NCBI GenBank assembly: GCA_964247055.1
Contig: OZ176051.1
Coordinates: forward strand, 1,054,001-1,118,000
DNA: 64,000 bases
Reading direction: 5' to 3'
Origin: Paragordius varius
Lineage: Eukaryota; Animalia; Nematomorpha
Shown: in pieces, positions 13,080 to 27,320 of the stretch
Layout of the letters: each line of letters begins with the position of its first letter
Numbering within the stretch: position 1 is the stretch's first letter
Position numbers and translations under genes: made by a program
Notes under the pieces: model-generated
Told to the model about the DNA's origin: nothing
What the model saw: the letters and a program-made list of their open reading frames with translations, nothing else
Databases searched by the model: none

Positions 13080-13780
13080 TAGGGGTTTCATATGCATAAA
13101 ATTCTCACTCTCTGAATTCGGTTCGTTATTTCCTCAGACATTCCGTCCCTACTCTCAACACAGGATACGGGTAACTATTTTCAGGGTAATGCTAGATAGC
13201 TCCTACACTTAGATCTTTGACGTTAAAATAATAACGTCATACTTCAAAAGTGTACTATCGAGTTTTCAGGAGCCCCATTCAGTTCATCATGAGAGTTTCC
13301 AAGAGAACTATATTATTATAGGCAAGATGTCATACATCCTATTTTACCTTGCTTCGGAATCCTGTCAAGATTTAACTCTCGAGGTTTGGTTTGAAAACCT
13401 TTAAAAATACTGGAAACATTCGCTACTCTTAGACACTATTCCAAAGAAATGTTGAATAGAGTAGGTTACACCCTGCGCCCTTACCTGACACCGCGTTCGA
13501 AATTAAATTAGATTGAGGCATCTCCTCTAGACTTGACTCTCGCCTTGATGGCCAAAATCTGCCTCACCATAGCCGAAAACCGTGAAAAATCCGCATTGAA
13601 CTAAGAATTATAGATGTGGCGCGCAATCAAAGCTTTTCTTAATCGAGAAAGACGGCATGTAGCTTTATCCGTCACTCTATCTTCTTAAGTCCTACACGTC
13701 AGTATATGAGGTCGATTGATGCTCTCTGAGCCCATATTAAGTCAAAGACTTTAATCTTTGTCGATAATATTTTAGTAAAG
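13080..13780 (-). mobile_element. RT-domain fragment of a second RTE family, related to the element at 18430-22150
   Basis: Clear nucleotide similarity to about 19400-20000 (e.g. GTTAAAATAATAACGTCA, GTGTACTATCGAGTT, CCGCATTGAACTA). Confidence 0.75.
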
Positions 13781-14514
13781 GATTTTCCGTTTTTTACATA
13801 AACAAAAAAGTTATAGTTGACGCGTTTTCTTCAAATGTATTTATTTTATTGACCTAAAATGCGATAAAATGAAATTTTTTGTATATTTAACCGCAATTTT
13901 TTATTCGAACTTTTAGTTATAGAGTGAAATGCTCGCAAAAATTTTAATTTTGAGATTCGCATAAGTTTATATTGAAATTCCATGGATAGAGTTGATTTAT
14001 GGATGTTATTGTTTAAAAAATAAATTAATCCACACAATTATAATAGTTTATAAATAAATTAAATTTAATAAATCAATATATTCAAGATAATTATTTTATA
14101 ACATAAATATAAATAATTTATTATTTAAATGATTTTGCTGCAAATAAATAGTTTTTAAGAATCCTTCTATTAAGTAAAATCGACTTATTAATTTTTTGTT
14201 TTTTTTGAACATTTCGAGAGCCATAAATATGAATACACATCATTAAAATATTTAAATTTAATTTTGGGTTTTATTGTCTTTTTAGGCTATAATTAAAATA
14301 CTTTGAAAATTTATAATGGTTTTCACTATATTAATAGGTAATTAATAATGGGGTTCGAGTACAATTTTAATCATTATTATTCGTTTTACATCAGTACAAG
14401 CAAAAATTTGTTTATTTCTTTTTAAATATTTTTAATCATTTCTGAATACCAGCTTTCCTTTCCACACATCAGACATGTATTAGTACTCACTTTAATAGCC
14501 ATTTAACAAGCGTA

Positions 14515-17500
14515 TATGTCTAATTTATTATGCAAATTAATTTGATTAACAAAAACAAGACGCTTATTTAGGGACTAAATCTCAAACAATTATTTATTCT
14601 TCGTTAGTTTTCTCCATATTTGAACTAATTTCTGATATTTAGTAGAATTAAATCATTTATTAGATTTTAAAACCTAATCCCGTTTATCCTATTCTTTGCA
14701 GACATTTAAACTTAATTAAATATCTTATTAAGCTAAATGTTAAGCTAATGGGTTTGCCAGTTAATACAGTCACGTATAATATTTGAGTTTTAACAAAACT
14801 GTTTTTGAGATATTATCTTCCTTTCACAATAAGAATTCTCTATTGTTTGCCAGGATGATTAGAACAAATGATCTTTATTAACATATACTGTAAATAAAAT
14901 TTAATATATTTCCCCTACCCGCAAAGGGGGACTAAAATTTTTATTATAAGAAATAAAAAAGGCCCGTGTTTTGCCTTGGGGACCCAGAGCACTGCTCCCC
15001 CCTAGCTCCTGTTCGTTTTGCCACTGTATTTAAATTACATACCGAAATCACTAACAATGCTTCACGTTAATAAACCAAAACTAATTGGGGAACGAGAAAA
15101 AAATTTAACAAATATCAAAATTGTATGCTCAAAATTTGGAGTGTTTTGTTTTATCAAAGGCCTATTTAGTTTAAATAACATATCAAAAATAATCAGCTTG
15201 ATCAACTAACTGTACTTTGAAATTAATTAAACAAATTGGATTTATAACTTATGGAGTTTTCTTAAGAATGATTTATAAAATTCAGATAATTACAACATCA
15301 TCGTGCATAATATTTTTTTATAACTATCGTCATATCACTAACTTTGTATTTATATGAATGTTACTATTATATTATTTATTAATTGCTAAATTATACTCTT
15401 TTATGCTTGTAGGACATTCAAATATTATCCCAATGGGAGTTTATAATGCTTATTTACTCGATTATTGGATATTATAAAGATATTTTCAAGATTTATTATG
15501 ACAATATTTTTATTGGCTTAAAATGGCTTTCCATCAAGCACTTAAATCAAAAGAATGAAAAAAATATTTTTATATTTTTTAATCTTTTTAGCTAAGGGCT
15601 CATAGAGAGCTATTTCGTACGGGCCAAGATATTTAAAAAACAAACCTTTTTATTTTTATTATCTCAACATTATGTATAATTACGATTAATTACACTAGAC
15701 AAGAAATTTTTTGCCAGAATTTTTTGCATGTTCTGATTCATTTTAACAGAATCTGATATAAGAATTAAAACCTGAATTTAATTTTTATCAATTTTATTTA
15801 TAAATGTGTTGCCTTAAATATGCAACAGATGCCCATTCGTAGTATATCATTCGAAAGAGTAATAAAAACTCTATAAAATGCACACTAATATTTACATCGT
15901 TAGTTAATATTTGACATTAGAAGCGACAAACTCGCGCACTCTTAATTAATATATTTTTAAAACTAATGGATGAAATAGGTCAAACTTTGTATAGATGGCA
16001 ATGAATGTCTTTAAAAGATAACACAAGCTTGTTATTTTGAATAAACTCATTTTATCACATAAGTGAACAAAGATATTCAGTGAAAATGAGATATTTATTC
16101 AAAATTATTTAATAACTAAAAACTTATACAGTAGCATATGCAGTAACAGATTGTTAGTGCGCAATAATCTAAAAAACACAAAACAGGGGGTTATCATGGA
16201 TAGTGTATACAAAATCAGGGGACAATCTTGGTATATGTAAAAATGCGCATTTGGGTTTGTAAAATTGCGATGAAAAATTGTAAAAATATTAGTGAAACAT
16301 TATTTCCCAGATTTCTTATAAAAAAATGTTAATTTTTCATTTAATGGTAGAACATTCCGTGATTTGAATTATGGAACTGTATATAAATACAATTAGAAAT
16401 TATACAAGATCCTTATTTAAATTATTACTTGCTTTTCTCGATCTATTTAAAACTGAATAAGCGTGAGGTGAAAATTTAAAATATTTTTAAAATTTGGGGC
16501 TTTTTGTTAAAAATCAATCACACAAGTTTACTTCTTAAATGCATTACTTATATTATATTTTATTAACCTCTAAACATTATTAACTGCTATAGATTTCTTA
16601 ATTTTTTTGTTGTTTTACAACATATTATCTTCAAGTAACGTTATCTAAATTGGATATATCCTGTAATACATTTCTAGAAGTTTGTTGAATATTTGGTATT
16701 GTGGCTTCCTTTTCCTATGAGTATTCATAAACATTTAATAAATTTTCAATAAAAAACATCATAAACATTTATCACAAAAATTTTATTAGTTTTTCAATAC
16801 CAAATGTGCCGACCAATTGTTCTCAATTTTCATATTTTGATTATCATTCAGTCCTATTTATAAACATATCCATAATATCCCCCTATTTTGTGTTTTTTAG
16901 AATATTTTGCACTAACAATCTTTTGCTGCATACGCTACTGTATTAAATTATTTTAACTCCACCCAAGTCAATGAATGAACTATCTAAAAATATAATCAAA
17001 ATTATTATTAAAATTTAAACACCTTTTAAATTAAAACTTTCCAAATATTTCTTATCTATTAAATTCTCTATACCGGGTTTATTATATAGTTACACTAACT
17101 AAATTTTGAAATCAAAAATTTTAGGTTACTGGATTAAACGACAAGTATTTAGCAATAAACAATTATAATTGCAAAAAAAGTTTTATTGAATAAAATTTAT
17201 GTGATTTTTTAAAAAAAATTTATATACAAAAAATGCCAGGAGTAAAGATTAATGGTTTCTAGCCCACAACAAGTTGAAGCCGCAAATCATGAAATGCAAT
17301 TAACGACGATAGGCATACCAACAAAAGATAGCAACAAAATACAGCACCGATAATAACCACACTTATATCCATATATCCATAACAACAACGAAATTTCCCT
17401 GATCGCTTTACTATGGGGGAATATGATGTTATCATTTATTTACATTGTATTATAATACAAATAAGTGCGAATTTTTTATTTAAAAATATATAAATATACC

Positions 17501-20196
17501 TGTGAAAGTTAGAAAAATTTAACTCAATAAATAATAAATTTTATACATTATTCATATCATGTGCCTAATAATTTAATCGTGAAAGCTGCTCTCATTGCAA
17601 AAATATCGCTAAAATAAATCAGTTAATTTTAGCATATTGTATGTTAGCTCCAAAAAAGTCTTAATTATGACCATCCATTGTAAATCTGTTTTAATATTAA
17701 ATGCCGCAATCGAAAATTATCATTAAATCGTATGGTATGATTGAGGGGTCATTTGTAAACTATTCCGTAGCCCCTACACAGGATACTAGCGTTATTAAGA
17801 CTTGCCATATTCTTTTAGGGGTATGTGTCCACTACATCTTAAGACGCACTCTTCCCTTCTTGCCTTTCACATTTTAATCATTTTTTACCGATAAAAAATG
17901 ATCTCTACTCTTGATGAGTCCAAACCATCTGAGACGATTTAGTATCATTTATTGTTTATATGTTTTATTTCAGTAGATACTCTATTATCCTAATTCTTCA
18001 CTTTGCTCTTTATCATACCACACATTACCCTAACTATTTCCTGCTTTTCTACTGTATAGCCCATTTTAATATCATTGTTGGCTATACAACTGCATTATCG
18101 GCCTTACACTTAACTTTTATGTTAAGATTTATGTCCCATATAACATTTGAGATCTTAGATAATTTTCACAAGTTTAATTTTTTACATTATCATCACTGCT
18201 GCTAAAATTCCAAAATATTTTGACTCCACATTCTTTTTTATACAACCTTTTTAATCGTATCTGTAGTTTTTCTTACCAAATTTTGTCGTTTTTCCTTTTT
18301 AACTTTTAAATCACTCAATGTAATGCATTAATCCTTTGATTCCATAATGATTCAAGCACGTCTGACGGAACTATTAGGTCATTTGCATAAAGAAAATAAC
18401 ACACTGTTAATTCTTGAATTCTCAAATGCGCCCCATAAATATTAACGAATGCTGACTCCAGATACGCTGAGGTCTTCAATAATTACGGATATGCCGCAAA
18501 TGCATTTTATGTATTTTTGTAACGGTCAGGCACATTTTTTGTCTTAAACTCTATGGTACTTTGCGGTAACTTTTGAAAGAGTTTCACTATCAGCAAACGG
18601 TGTCCACCATCTCACCTAAGCAGGAAATAGGCGTTATGATGTATGACAACACAAAAATATACCGCAAGCATACTCATCCCTCCACTTTAGGTCCGAATAA
18701 GCCCGTTTTTAAATATTTTTTGTATTTGTGATTTTTTTGTTTTTTCCATATACACCCTGAATATGTGCAAGCAATTGCTCCTCCAACCCTGCTTTTTGAC
18801 CATAATAGGAATCAATACCAAGTTTTTTCTTCGGTCTCAACATGGCACTTTTATTCGAGATTTACCTTTTAACACGTTTGCCAAATCTGTAAGACAACTG
18901 CAACTTTTTCCCATAATCTTAAGTAAACCATTCGATCCAAAGTTGCCAATTAATTAAGAAAGATCAATTCGTATGAATTTTTCCCTCCTTTGTGTTGCGA
19001 TTGATTCGATCCTCCCGCACCGATAAAACTTAACACATGAATCTAGCAATGTCGGATAAGTGACCTTGATGCAATCTACAAAGCCACCGTAGTCTTATAT
19101 AGCAAATCATCTAGTTTGCGTCTGTTACTTAGTCTATACACAGTTACATTATCGTATTTAGAGATGTTCTCAAAGCTTCTAATGCCGGAGTTAATAAAGC
19201 TGTCTAGTTTCGAGACATCCTGTAGGTTAGTTTATCACCATCTGTACAGAGTTACAAGAAACATAATAAGATGCTTTTTAAAGAGCAATTCTGCAGCACG
19301 CGCAAGAAGAAATTTCATATTCTCGCTAATTGTAATCGGTTGGTTATTTCCTTAGACATCCCCCTACCCCAGCTGTTTAACCCCAAGAAAAGCTCTATAC
19401 ATCCTCGATCATCGATCTTCTCAATACAATCGGCGGGTAACTACGTCCGGAGTGATACCTGATAGCTACACTTGGGTTTTTGAGGTTAAAATAATAACGT
19501 CAGACATCCGGAGTGTACTATCGAGTTCCACTCAATTCCGTTCATCACGAGAGGGTCACAGGAAAACTATATCCACAAAGACAAGTAATGTCCGCACCCT
19601 ATCTTGCTTCGAAGTCAAGCCACTGAGAGTTGAATCTAGAGGTTGTTTCGAATGCTTTCCGAAATATTGGAAATAATCGCTTCTCTTAGATGCCCTTTTC
19701 AGAAATCTTCAAAGAGTAGGTGACCCCTGCACCCTTGCCACAGCATTCCAAGTTAACCCAGTCCTCGCTATTTGACTTGACCCTAGCCTTGTTTCCTAAC
19801 CCCAAGCCGCGCCCGTTAGCCAAATACTTTTAGGTACATCCGCATTGAACTAGGAATTTGAGTGTTTGATGTGGCTTACACTCAAAGCTCCATCTAAATA
19901 GGGAAAGACGGCATGGGTAGCTTTCTCCATATAGATTTTATTCATCTCATCATATGTAATTGTGGTCCTAAGATTTCACAACCCACACGCGTATCGGTCA
20001 TGACTCCAAAGTTTCTAAAACGAGCATCAACCACCCGTTTAAGATTTTTCCCCCAACATTAAATAAAGAGGCGGTATGATTTAGGGTCTTCCTGCTTACT
20101 TTTAGGTTTATATATTGCAGATATCCAGAGCCTTCGTTCTTCGGGTACTACGCCCGACGTCCAAACTACCTTAAAATTCCTTCCAATGGCTTAACA
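14515..20196 (+). repeat. Left arm of a giant inverted repeat (~5.7 kb)
   Basis: Collinear reverse-complement match to 25545-29820 continued by 46134-47460 (also 37952-43555 in the redundant contig). Confidence 0.9.
17745..18340 (-). mobile_element. 3' fragment of a third RTE family (mirror copy at about 27400-27990, plus strand)
   Basis: Remnants KYFG, NRLRWFGLIKSRD, KGKKGR resemble the RTE C-terminal RLRWFGHV..R..GxRxRGRP region. Confidence 0.75.
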
Positions 20197-22150
20197 CAGT
20201 ATGATTCGATTGTAACATTATCGATACCGCACGCTTAACGAAATTTCATCGAACGGATTTAAGCTTTTTTCAGCCAAATAAAGTGCGCTGAACAAGCCCG
20301 ATGGTGGGAGACCATAGTCATCACTTGTGTGCAAGGCTTCATAAAATATATACAGGAACCGGTATCCGCACCCTTGGCTAAATTACGCCTTCTGTCCGTA
20401 GCCAACTTTAACCCAATTAAATTGTCACACTTAGCCTCCTTGATGCAGCAGAGCGTTCTCGCCATTAGATTCTCCACTTCTTCCGCCTTCGTATGAGTTC
20501 CAAAATTGCCCTTATTACTTGCTTATTAAGAGTTTTGTGAGTCAGTTGCGAAATCGTGCTTTTCCTTTATCATCTCTGACACCTTATCTCATCTGCACCA
20601 CCCCAGACTGGAAGTATATTGACCTGTGTACACCCAATATAGCTTTTGGTTTTTTTGAAATAGTTGAACTTTTCCTCTACATTTCTATGATCTTAACCTT
20701 TGATTAATTTAGGTTTAACATCCTTATCGTACCCTTATTACAATATTGCTTAGCAGTTTGTCTTGCCTTCTCATGACCACATTTTCGTAGTTTCACAGGT
20801 TCTTAACGCTTTATGGATCATATAATAAGACATTTGTCACTAACCGACCGCCCACTTTGGATACCATTTGATCGTGATTGACCTTCCCGTTCGGATTTAC
20901 CCAACTTTTTATTTACCAAAATGATTTGCTGTACTTACATTCGGTATCTTTCAGCCCTGCCTTTAGACACACATACATTACCGCTTTCCGATATCGGCCT
21001 TGATTCTGTTTGCAATTATATTATAGTGATATACAGAATCACAATGGAGAGCGTCAAGACCTATTGGCGCATTGAAATCGCTTAGCACAATGAGGCTCTA
21101 CCCACAACATTTGACACATTTACAGAGTTTTTTTAAAGAAAGCGCCTTAACTTCCCAGGTCATTAGGGTTGAATCATAAACCGACAACAGCGTAAACTTC
21201 TTTCATATTGTAAGTTTCAATCTTGTTTTTCGAGAACAACTAAGGTAAACATTTTCAACGCTTGAAACCCACAGCCGCCTATTCCATTCGTACAGGGACT
21301 GAATAGTGGCATAAGCCACTACACATATATTCAGTAGGTAATGAAATACGGTGATCTTGTATTGCAATGACTGCAATATTCTATATCTCGCGCATACGAA
21401 CACAAGTTGGTTTATTAACTGATCCATGAGAATACCAACATTTAAACCGCCAAACTGTACGGGTACACTCTTTGACCTTGGTTGCAAAAACATAATCATT
21501 ACATGACGAACTAATGGCTTTAGAAGTAGAGTAAGAAGTTTGTAATGTGTCATGATTTGTATTTGTATGTTTTAGTATTTTCATATACATTGATTAGCAG
21601 CTGTGCCTTGGCAGCTTAAGGTGTGCTATTTTAGCAACGCTCGTCTAACACCTATATCGCCGGGCATTGATATTCACATCCTATTCACCTATCGCAATTA
21701 CTGAGATTAACATAGGGTTGCCCCACAGCAGCACTGCATAGCAGAATATTATCAAAATAATGCAGGCTGACCAGGCACTTGCAAAAGTAGAAAGCTAGAC
21801 TTCATCTGTCGTTAGCCGACCCGATTTGGAGCAGACTACCGAAGCCGCCATACCACTTGTTTACATCCCATGCATGTTGGTAACATCACATGAGGATTTC
21901 ATTATCTCGACCACTAACGACCATTCTTTCCACATGCGTAATTTTACAAACTCAAGGACAGAGTTGTACAACGGCCACAGCCATTTCCACCTCGTCACCA
22001 ACTAAGACACAGTCAAAGTCTGCACGGACCCATCAATATTCCATCCCTGTTAGTCCCCGATCTCATATACCCTTTTTCGAATGTATGTTCCCAGCTTAGA
22101 TCCCGTTCGCCGTCATTCAAACACTGACATTGCCCAATGATCGACGCGGG
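18430..22150 (-). mobile_element. Decayed near-full-length RTE/RTEX-like element (APE, RT, C-terminal zinc-finger-like remnants)
   Basis: Remnant motifs: CVVAYAT (APE), VPEE..DPKSYR, SPTLFNIF, degenerate YADD (LLVFVDIVF), FLYLG, RLRWL, LWEKVA, then TVC..SFKS and RRPQ. GC-rich 5' region at 21600-22150. Confidence 0.85.
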
Positions 22151-25100
22151 GTAAGAAAATGACTCATAGTTTCAAACGTTTTTGAATATTGTTAAATGCC
22201 ATGCAAGTCCTTTTTCCTTTCAATAATTTCTTCTAACTGGATGATGGAATCTAAAGAGAAAAATTTAAGAGATTAATGAATGTTAGAAATTTTGATTATT
22301 TTAATATTTTTTATGTTTGGATTTATTTTAATATCAAAATTCTTTTCTTTAAAATCAGCACAAAGCTCACCCTTATTTAAAACCTATAAATTTAGGCTAT
22401 TATTCTCCATTTGGTACTTTCTAGCTTAATTGTATGAGACATCAATTTTATCCCTGTGTGAGTGTTATGGCTTACTTTCGGACGGTATTATTCTCACGTA
22501 AATGTATTATTAAAAATATAATTAAATATCTGACATCAAAAAATATTTTTTGAATCTCTGTTTAAAAATAAACCAGGGAAATTTGATGAAACTATTTTAT
22601 GGCATTTAGGAGCGTAGTAAAAACGGTGAAAAAAACACTCATTCTATATTCGATGATGCTGAATATCTCTGTTACAGTCAAATAAATGAGTTATACGTTT
22701 TCAAATTTAATAAATAAATTGTTTTTTCACAAATTGTTGCTAAAATATAAAACGAAAAATTTTTTGTGAGATGATGTTTAGGGTCATTTAATATATAATT
22801 TTCTAGCGTATGGAACTATTTTATTTAGGTTTCAAATGCTAAAATATAAAATTCGCCTCAATAAAATTTTGCCAAAGTATGCATTTTTTTCTAAAAAATT
22901 TCGATGTCATATGGCATATATTACAAATTATTATAGTGCAACAGCATTGTGAACATCTAGAAAACTAGCCCCTTTTGATTAGAGCCAAAAAAAACTTTTG
23001 AAGCTTCCACAAAATAATAGAATTCGATATAAATTTTATTAAATATAGATCATGAACCATTATGATAACGTTTTTAAAACAAATTATTTAGCTTTGACCA
23101 AATGTTATTATAATTTTCGAGAATTTTACAATTTTAGATACCGAAATTAGGACAAAAGAATTTTTTTAATAGGCCTAAACTGTCATACAAGATATTTTGT
23201 GCAATGTGTTTAACTAGAGTTTTATTTTACGAAACCTTTAAAGTCCATAGGGATGGTTTTAACCCGCCCGAAACAAAAACTTAATTTCCGAATAAATACC
23301 AATATAAGAAAAACTACAATAACTAATTGCTCCATATCGACCAATTACAACATTATTTGTATAAAATTTTAGTTTTAAAAAGCGTTTATTAAAATCCATA
23401 AAATATAAGGCGCAGGATTAGGGGGAAATCGAAATTGTATAAAAAATGCACTGAATAATCTTTTCATATTTAAATTACCATTTAAAGGTGTATTTTTATA
23501 GCTATTTATATACATTCCACATTATTTACCGGCAAAAATATGAGGTGTAGCTGTTTTTTACTAAGATACATTTATGAATTTCATAAAGAAGATTTTCCCT
23601 ATATCCATTATTTCCAACATCATATTAGGAATTTCATTATATTTAAAATGGACATTTATAACATCCTCATTTATATTAACATTCCATTACCTTTTGGGGT
23701 AGTTTTATATCCCAGGGCGATTGAATATATAAAAATATTGTATTAAGCCGAAATTAAAAAAACTCTCTTTAAGATTTATTTCGCATTTAACAATTTTATG
23801 TAAAATTCTAAAAAAAATATTCTCTTTTTTGGCGCCTTTTTTCTATAATTTTTTACAATCGATATTACAATAAGCAATAACTGTATAGTATGCCATCAAA
23901 AACTTGATATATTTTGATTTCATAATCACTAGTTCGTTAAATCTTGTTTTGGAGCCGTATTTTAGACTCTAATAGTCACCAAAAGTAAAAAATATACGCT
24001 TTTTTATAATCCATGACAACTATGTTTAATAATAAAATCTGGGATATAAAACTACCCCAAAAGGTATTCTGACCCAAAAAGTGAAAAAGGTATGCAGTAT
24101 TAAATAAATTTATTTAAATTTAGTAGTTATTTCAATACTTGTTCGCACTTTAGATAAAATTATTAAGGGTGATTTAAATTTGGGTTTAGTATTTTTTTTT
24201 TTGATATAAAATTTTTTAACAACTCTTACTAATATTAGCGAAACATTTATGCATCCAATTATTTAATATACATATAATTGATTTGCATCTATGCAGCGAT
24301 GTTTTGTGAACAATTTTAGTTTTATTGGTGAAATAAGATGGATTTAAATATACATTAATAAAAATATTTTAGTGAATTTTTAAACATAAAACCGCAACTC
24401 TTATTTTGATTTATTAAATTTGATTTGAAAATTCACCAAAATTAAGTTACCAAACATTCGTAATTCTCAAATTGTTCAGCATAATCGAATTTAGAAAAGC
24501 ATTTTAATAATATATACGGCAATATGCCGTTTCCATCCTGCTTTAAAGTACTATGAAGTACTCTTCAATAAATTGCTAAAAATTATTTTAAAAAGGTAGC
24601 CACTTTTATAAATATTTTCAGATGCTGTCCAAATTTAAACTTTTTATTGTATCTCCATTTTGCCTTTTTTTAAAAGAACTGGTCCATATTAGTATAGCTC
24701 AAAATTTTGGGACTTTCCACATCTATAAAATAATTTTTTTAAAAAAATTGATTTGTTTTTTATATGACGTTTATGATATATTTTGGTGAAATTTTTTGAA
24801 AAGAAGCCTTTATTCACCAAAAAATATATTTAAAAATGAATTTACTGATACGGAGCACTTACTACAAAAGTGTAAATAACTTTCTTAACATACACACAAT
24901 TATTTCAGTCTTTTTCAAATTTGTTATTAAACCATGGCAAAAGTTTGCACGCATATAACATAAATAAACGGTGGGAAATCATTCAAATATACTTGATGTT
25001 ACTCATTTAAAGTATAGCCGAAAGGTAAAAATTAAGTCCTAAAATAAAAATGGCCTCGAAATAGTTTGATATATTTAAAAAAACTAAATTTTAATTAATA

Positions 25101-25544
25101 TTTTAGATTATTAATATATATTAGGATAGAAGCATAAATTGTAATTGGGATTGTTTCTTTCGATAGTTTTTTAAATATATCAATTTTAAACTAGTGTATT
25201 TAGATACCTCTTAAATGCAAATGTATCACTCGTATTAAACCAAAATCACCATGATAATCTTGTTACATTTTCAATCAGAATATATGTATTTGATAAGGTT
25301 GCTTTTTACACCTCCGGTTATGGACGCAGTGTATTGGGTGACTTAATGCTATTGGCACTGACTCAACCTATCAAAAAGATGGTGCAAACGGACCTGTTAT
25401 AAAAAACGATAGAGGCGGCGCCTTAACTTTTGCATGAATCACAAGCTATTCATCTCAAATTGTTTATTCCACCCACCCAAAAGACGGATTTACACATGGA
25501 TTTAAACCTGTGTCAAACATAGATATTATTATGAAAATATACTA

Positions 25545-27320
25545 GCTGTTAAGCATTTGGAAGGAATGTTAAGGTAGTTTGGACGTCGGGCGTAGTACCC
25601 GAAGAACGAAGGCTCTGGATATCTGCAATATATAAACCTAAAAGTAAGCAGGAAGACCCTAAATCATACCGCCTCTTTATTTAATGTTGGCGGAAAAATC
25701 TTAAACGGGTGGTTGATGCTCGTTTTAGAAACTTTGGAGTCATGTCCGATACGCGTGTGGGTTGTGAAATCTTAGGACCACAATCCACCTGATACATATG
25801 ATGAGATGAATAAAATCTATATGGATAAGTTACACATGCCGTCTTTCCCTATTTAGATGGAGCTTTGGCTGTAAGCCACATCAAACACTCTTAAAATTCA
25901 TAGTTCAATGCGAATGTACCCAAAAGTATTTGGCTAACGGACGCGGCTTGGGGTTAGGCAACAAGGCTAGGGTCAAGTCAAATAGCGAGGACTGGGTTAA
26001 CTTGGAATGCTGTGGCAAGGGTGCAGGGGTCACCTACTCTTTAACATTTTCTGAAAAGGGCATTTAAGAGAAGCGATTATTTCCATTATTTCGGAAAGCA
26101 TTCGAAACAACCTCTAGAGTCAATTCTCAGTGGCTTGATTTCGAAGCAAAATAGGGTTGCGGACATTACTTGTCTTTGTGGATATAGTTTTCCTGTGACA
26201 CTCTCGTGATGAACGGAATCGAGTGGAACTTGATAGTACACTCCGGATGTTTGACGTTTTTATTTTAACCTAAAAAACCCAAGTGTAACTATCAGGTATC
26301 ACTCCGGACGTAGTTACCCGCTGATTGTATTGAGAAGATCGATGATCGAGGATGTACACAGCTTTTTATATTTGGGGTTAAACAGCTGGGGTAGGGGGAT
26401 GTCTAAGGTAATAACCAACCGATTACAATTAGCGAGAATATGAAATTTCTTCTTGCGCGTGCTGCGGAATTGCATCTTTAAAAAGCATCTTATTATGTTC
26501 CTTGTAACTCTGTACAGATGGTGATAAACTAACCTACAGGATGTCTCGATACTAGACAGCTTTATTAACTCCGGCATTAGAAGCTTTGAGAACATCTCTA
26601 AATACGATAATGTAACTGTGTATAGACTAAGTAACAGACGCAAACTAGATGATTTGCTATATAAGACTACGGTGGCTTTGTAGATTGCATCAAGGTCACT
26701 CATCCGACATTGCTAGATTCATGTGTTAAGTTTCATCGGTGCGGGAGGATCGAATCAATCGCAACACAAAGGAGGGAAAAATTCATACGAATTGATCTTT
26801 CTTAATTAATTGGCAACTTTGGATCGGATGGTTTACTTAGGATTATGGGAAAAAGTTGCAGTTGTCTTACAGATTTGGCAAACGTGTTAAAAGGTAAATC
26901 TCGAATAAAAGTGCCATGTTGAGACCGAAGAAAAAATTTGGTATTGATTCCTATTATGGTCAAAAAGCAGGGTTGGAGGAGCAATTGCTTGCACATATTC
27001 AGGGTATATATGGAAAAAACAAAAAAATCAAAAATACAATAAATATGTAAAAACGGGCTTATTCGGACCTAAAGTGGAGGGATGAGTATGATTGCGGTAT
27101 ATTTTTGTGTTGTCATACATCATAACGCCTATTTCAAGCTTAGATAAGATGGTGGACACCGTTTGCCGATAGTGAAACTCTTTCAAAAGTTACCGCAAAG
27201 CTGACCATTACAAAATTAGCATAAAATGCATGTGCGGCATATCCGTAATTATTGAAGACCTCAGCGTATCTGGAGTCAGCATTCGTTAATATTTATGGGG
27301 CGATTTTGAGAATTCAAGAA
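25545..27320 (+). mobile_element. Inverted, 5'-truncated copy of the same RTE/RTEX-like element (inner part of the right IR arm)
   Basis: Reverse complement of about 18430-20196, sharing most of its lesions. Confidence 0.85.

Noticed and set aside
21790-22150. HDV-like ribozyme at the RTE 5' end (GGCTAACGAC and GGCGAACGGG resemble J4/2-P2)
   Set aside because: I could not build P1, P3, L3 and P1.1 in the required order; a descriptor search on the family consensus would be needed.
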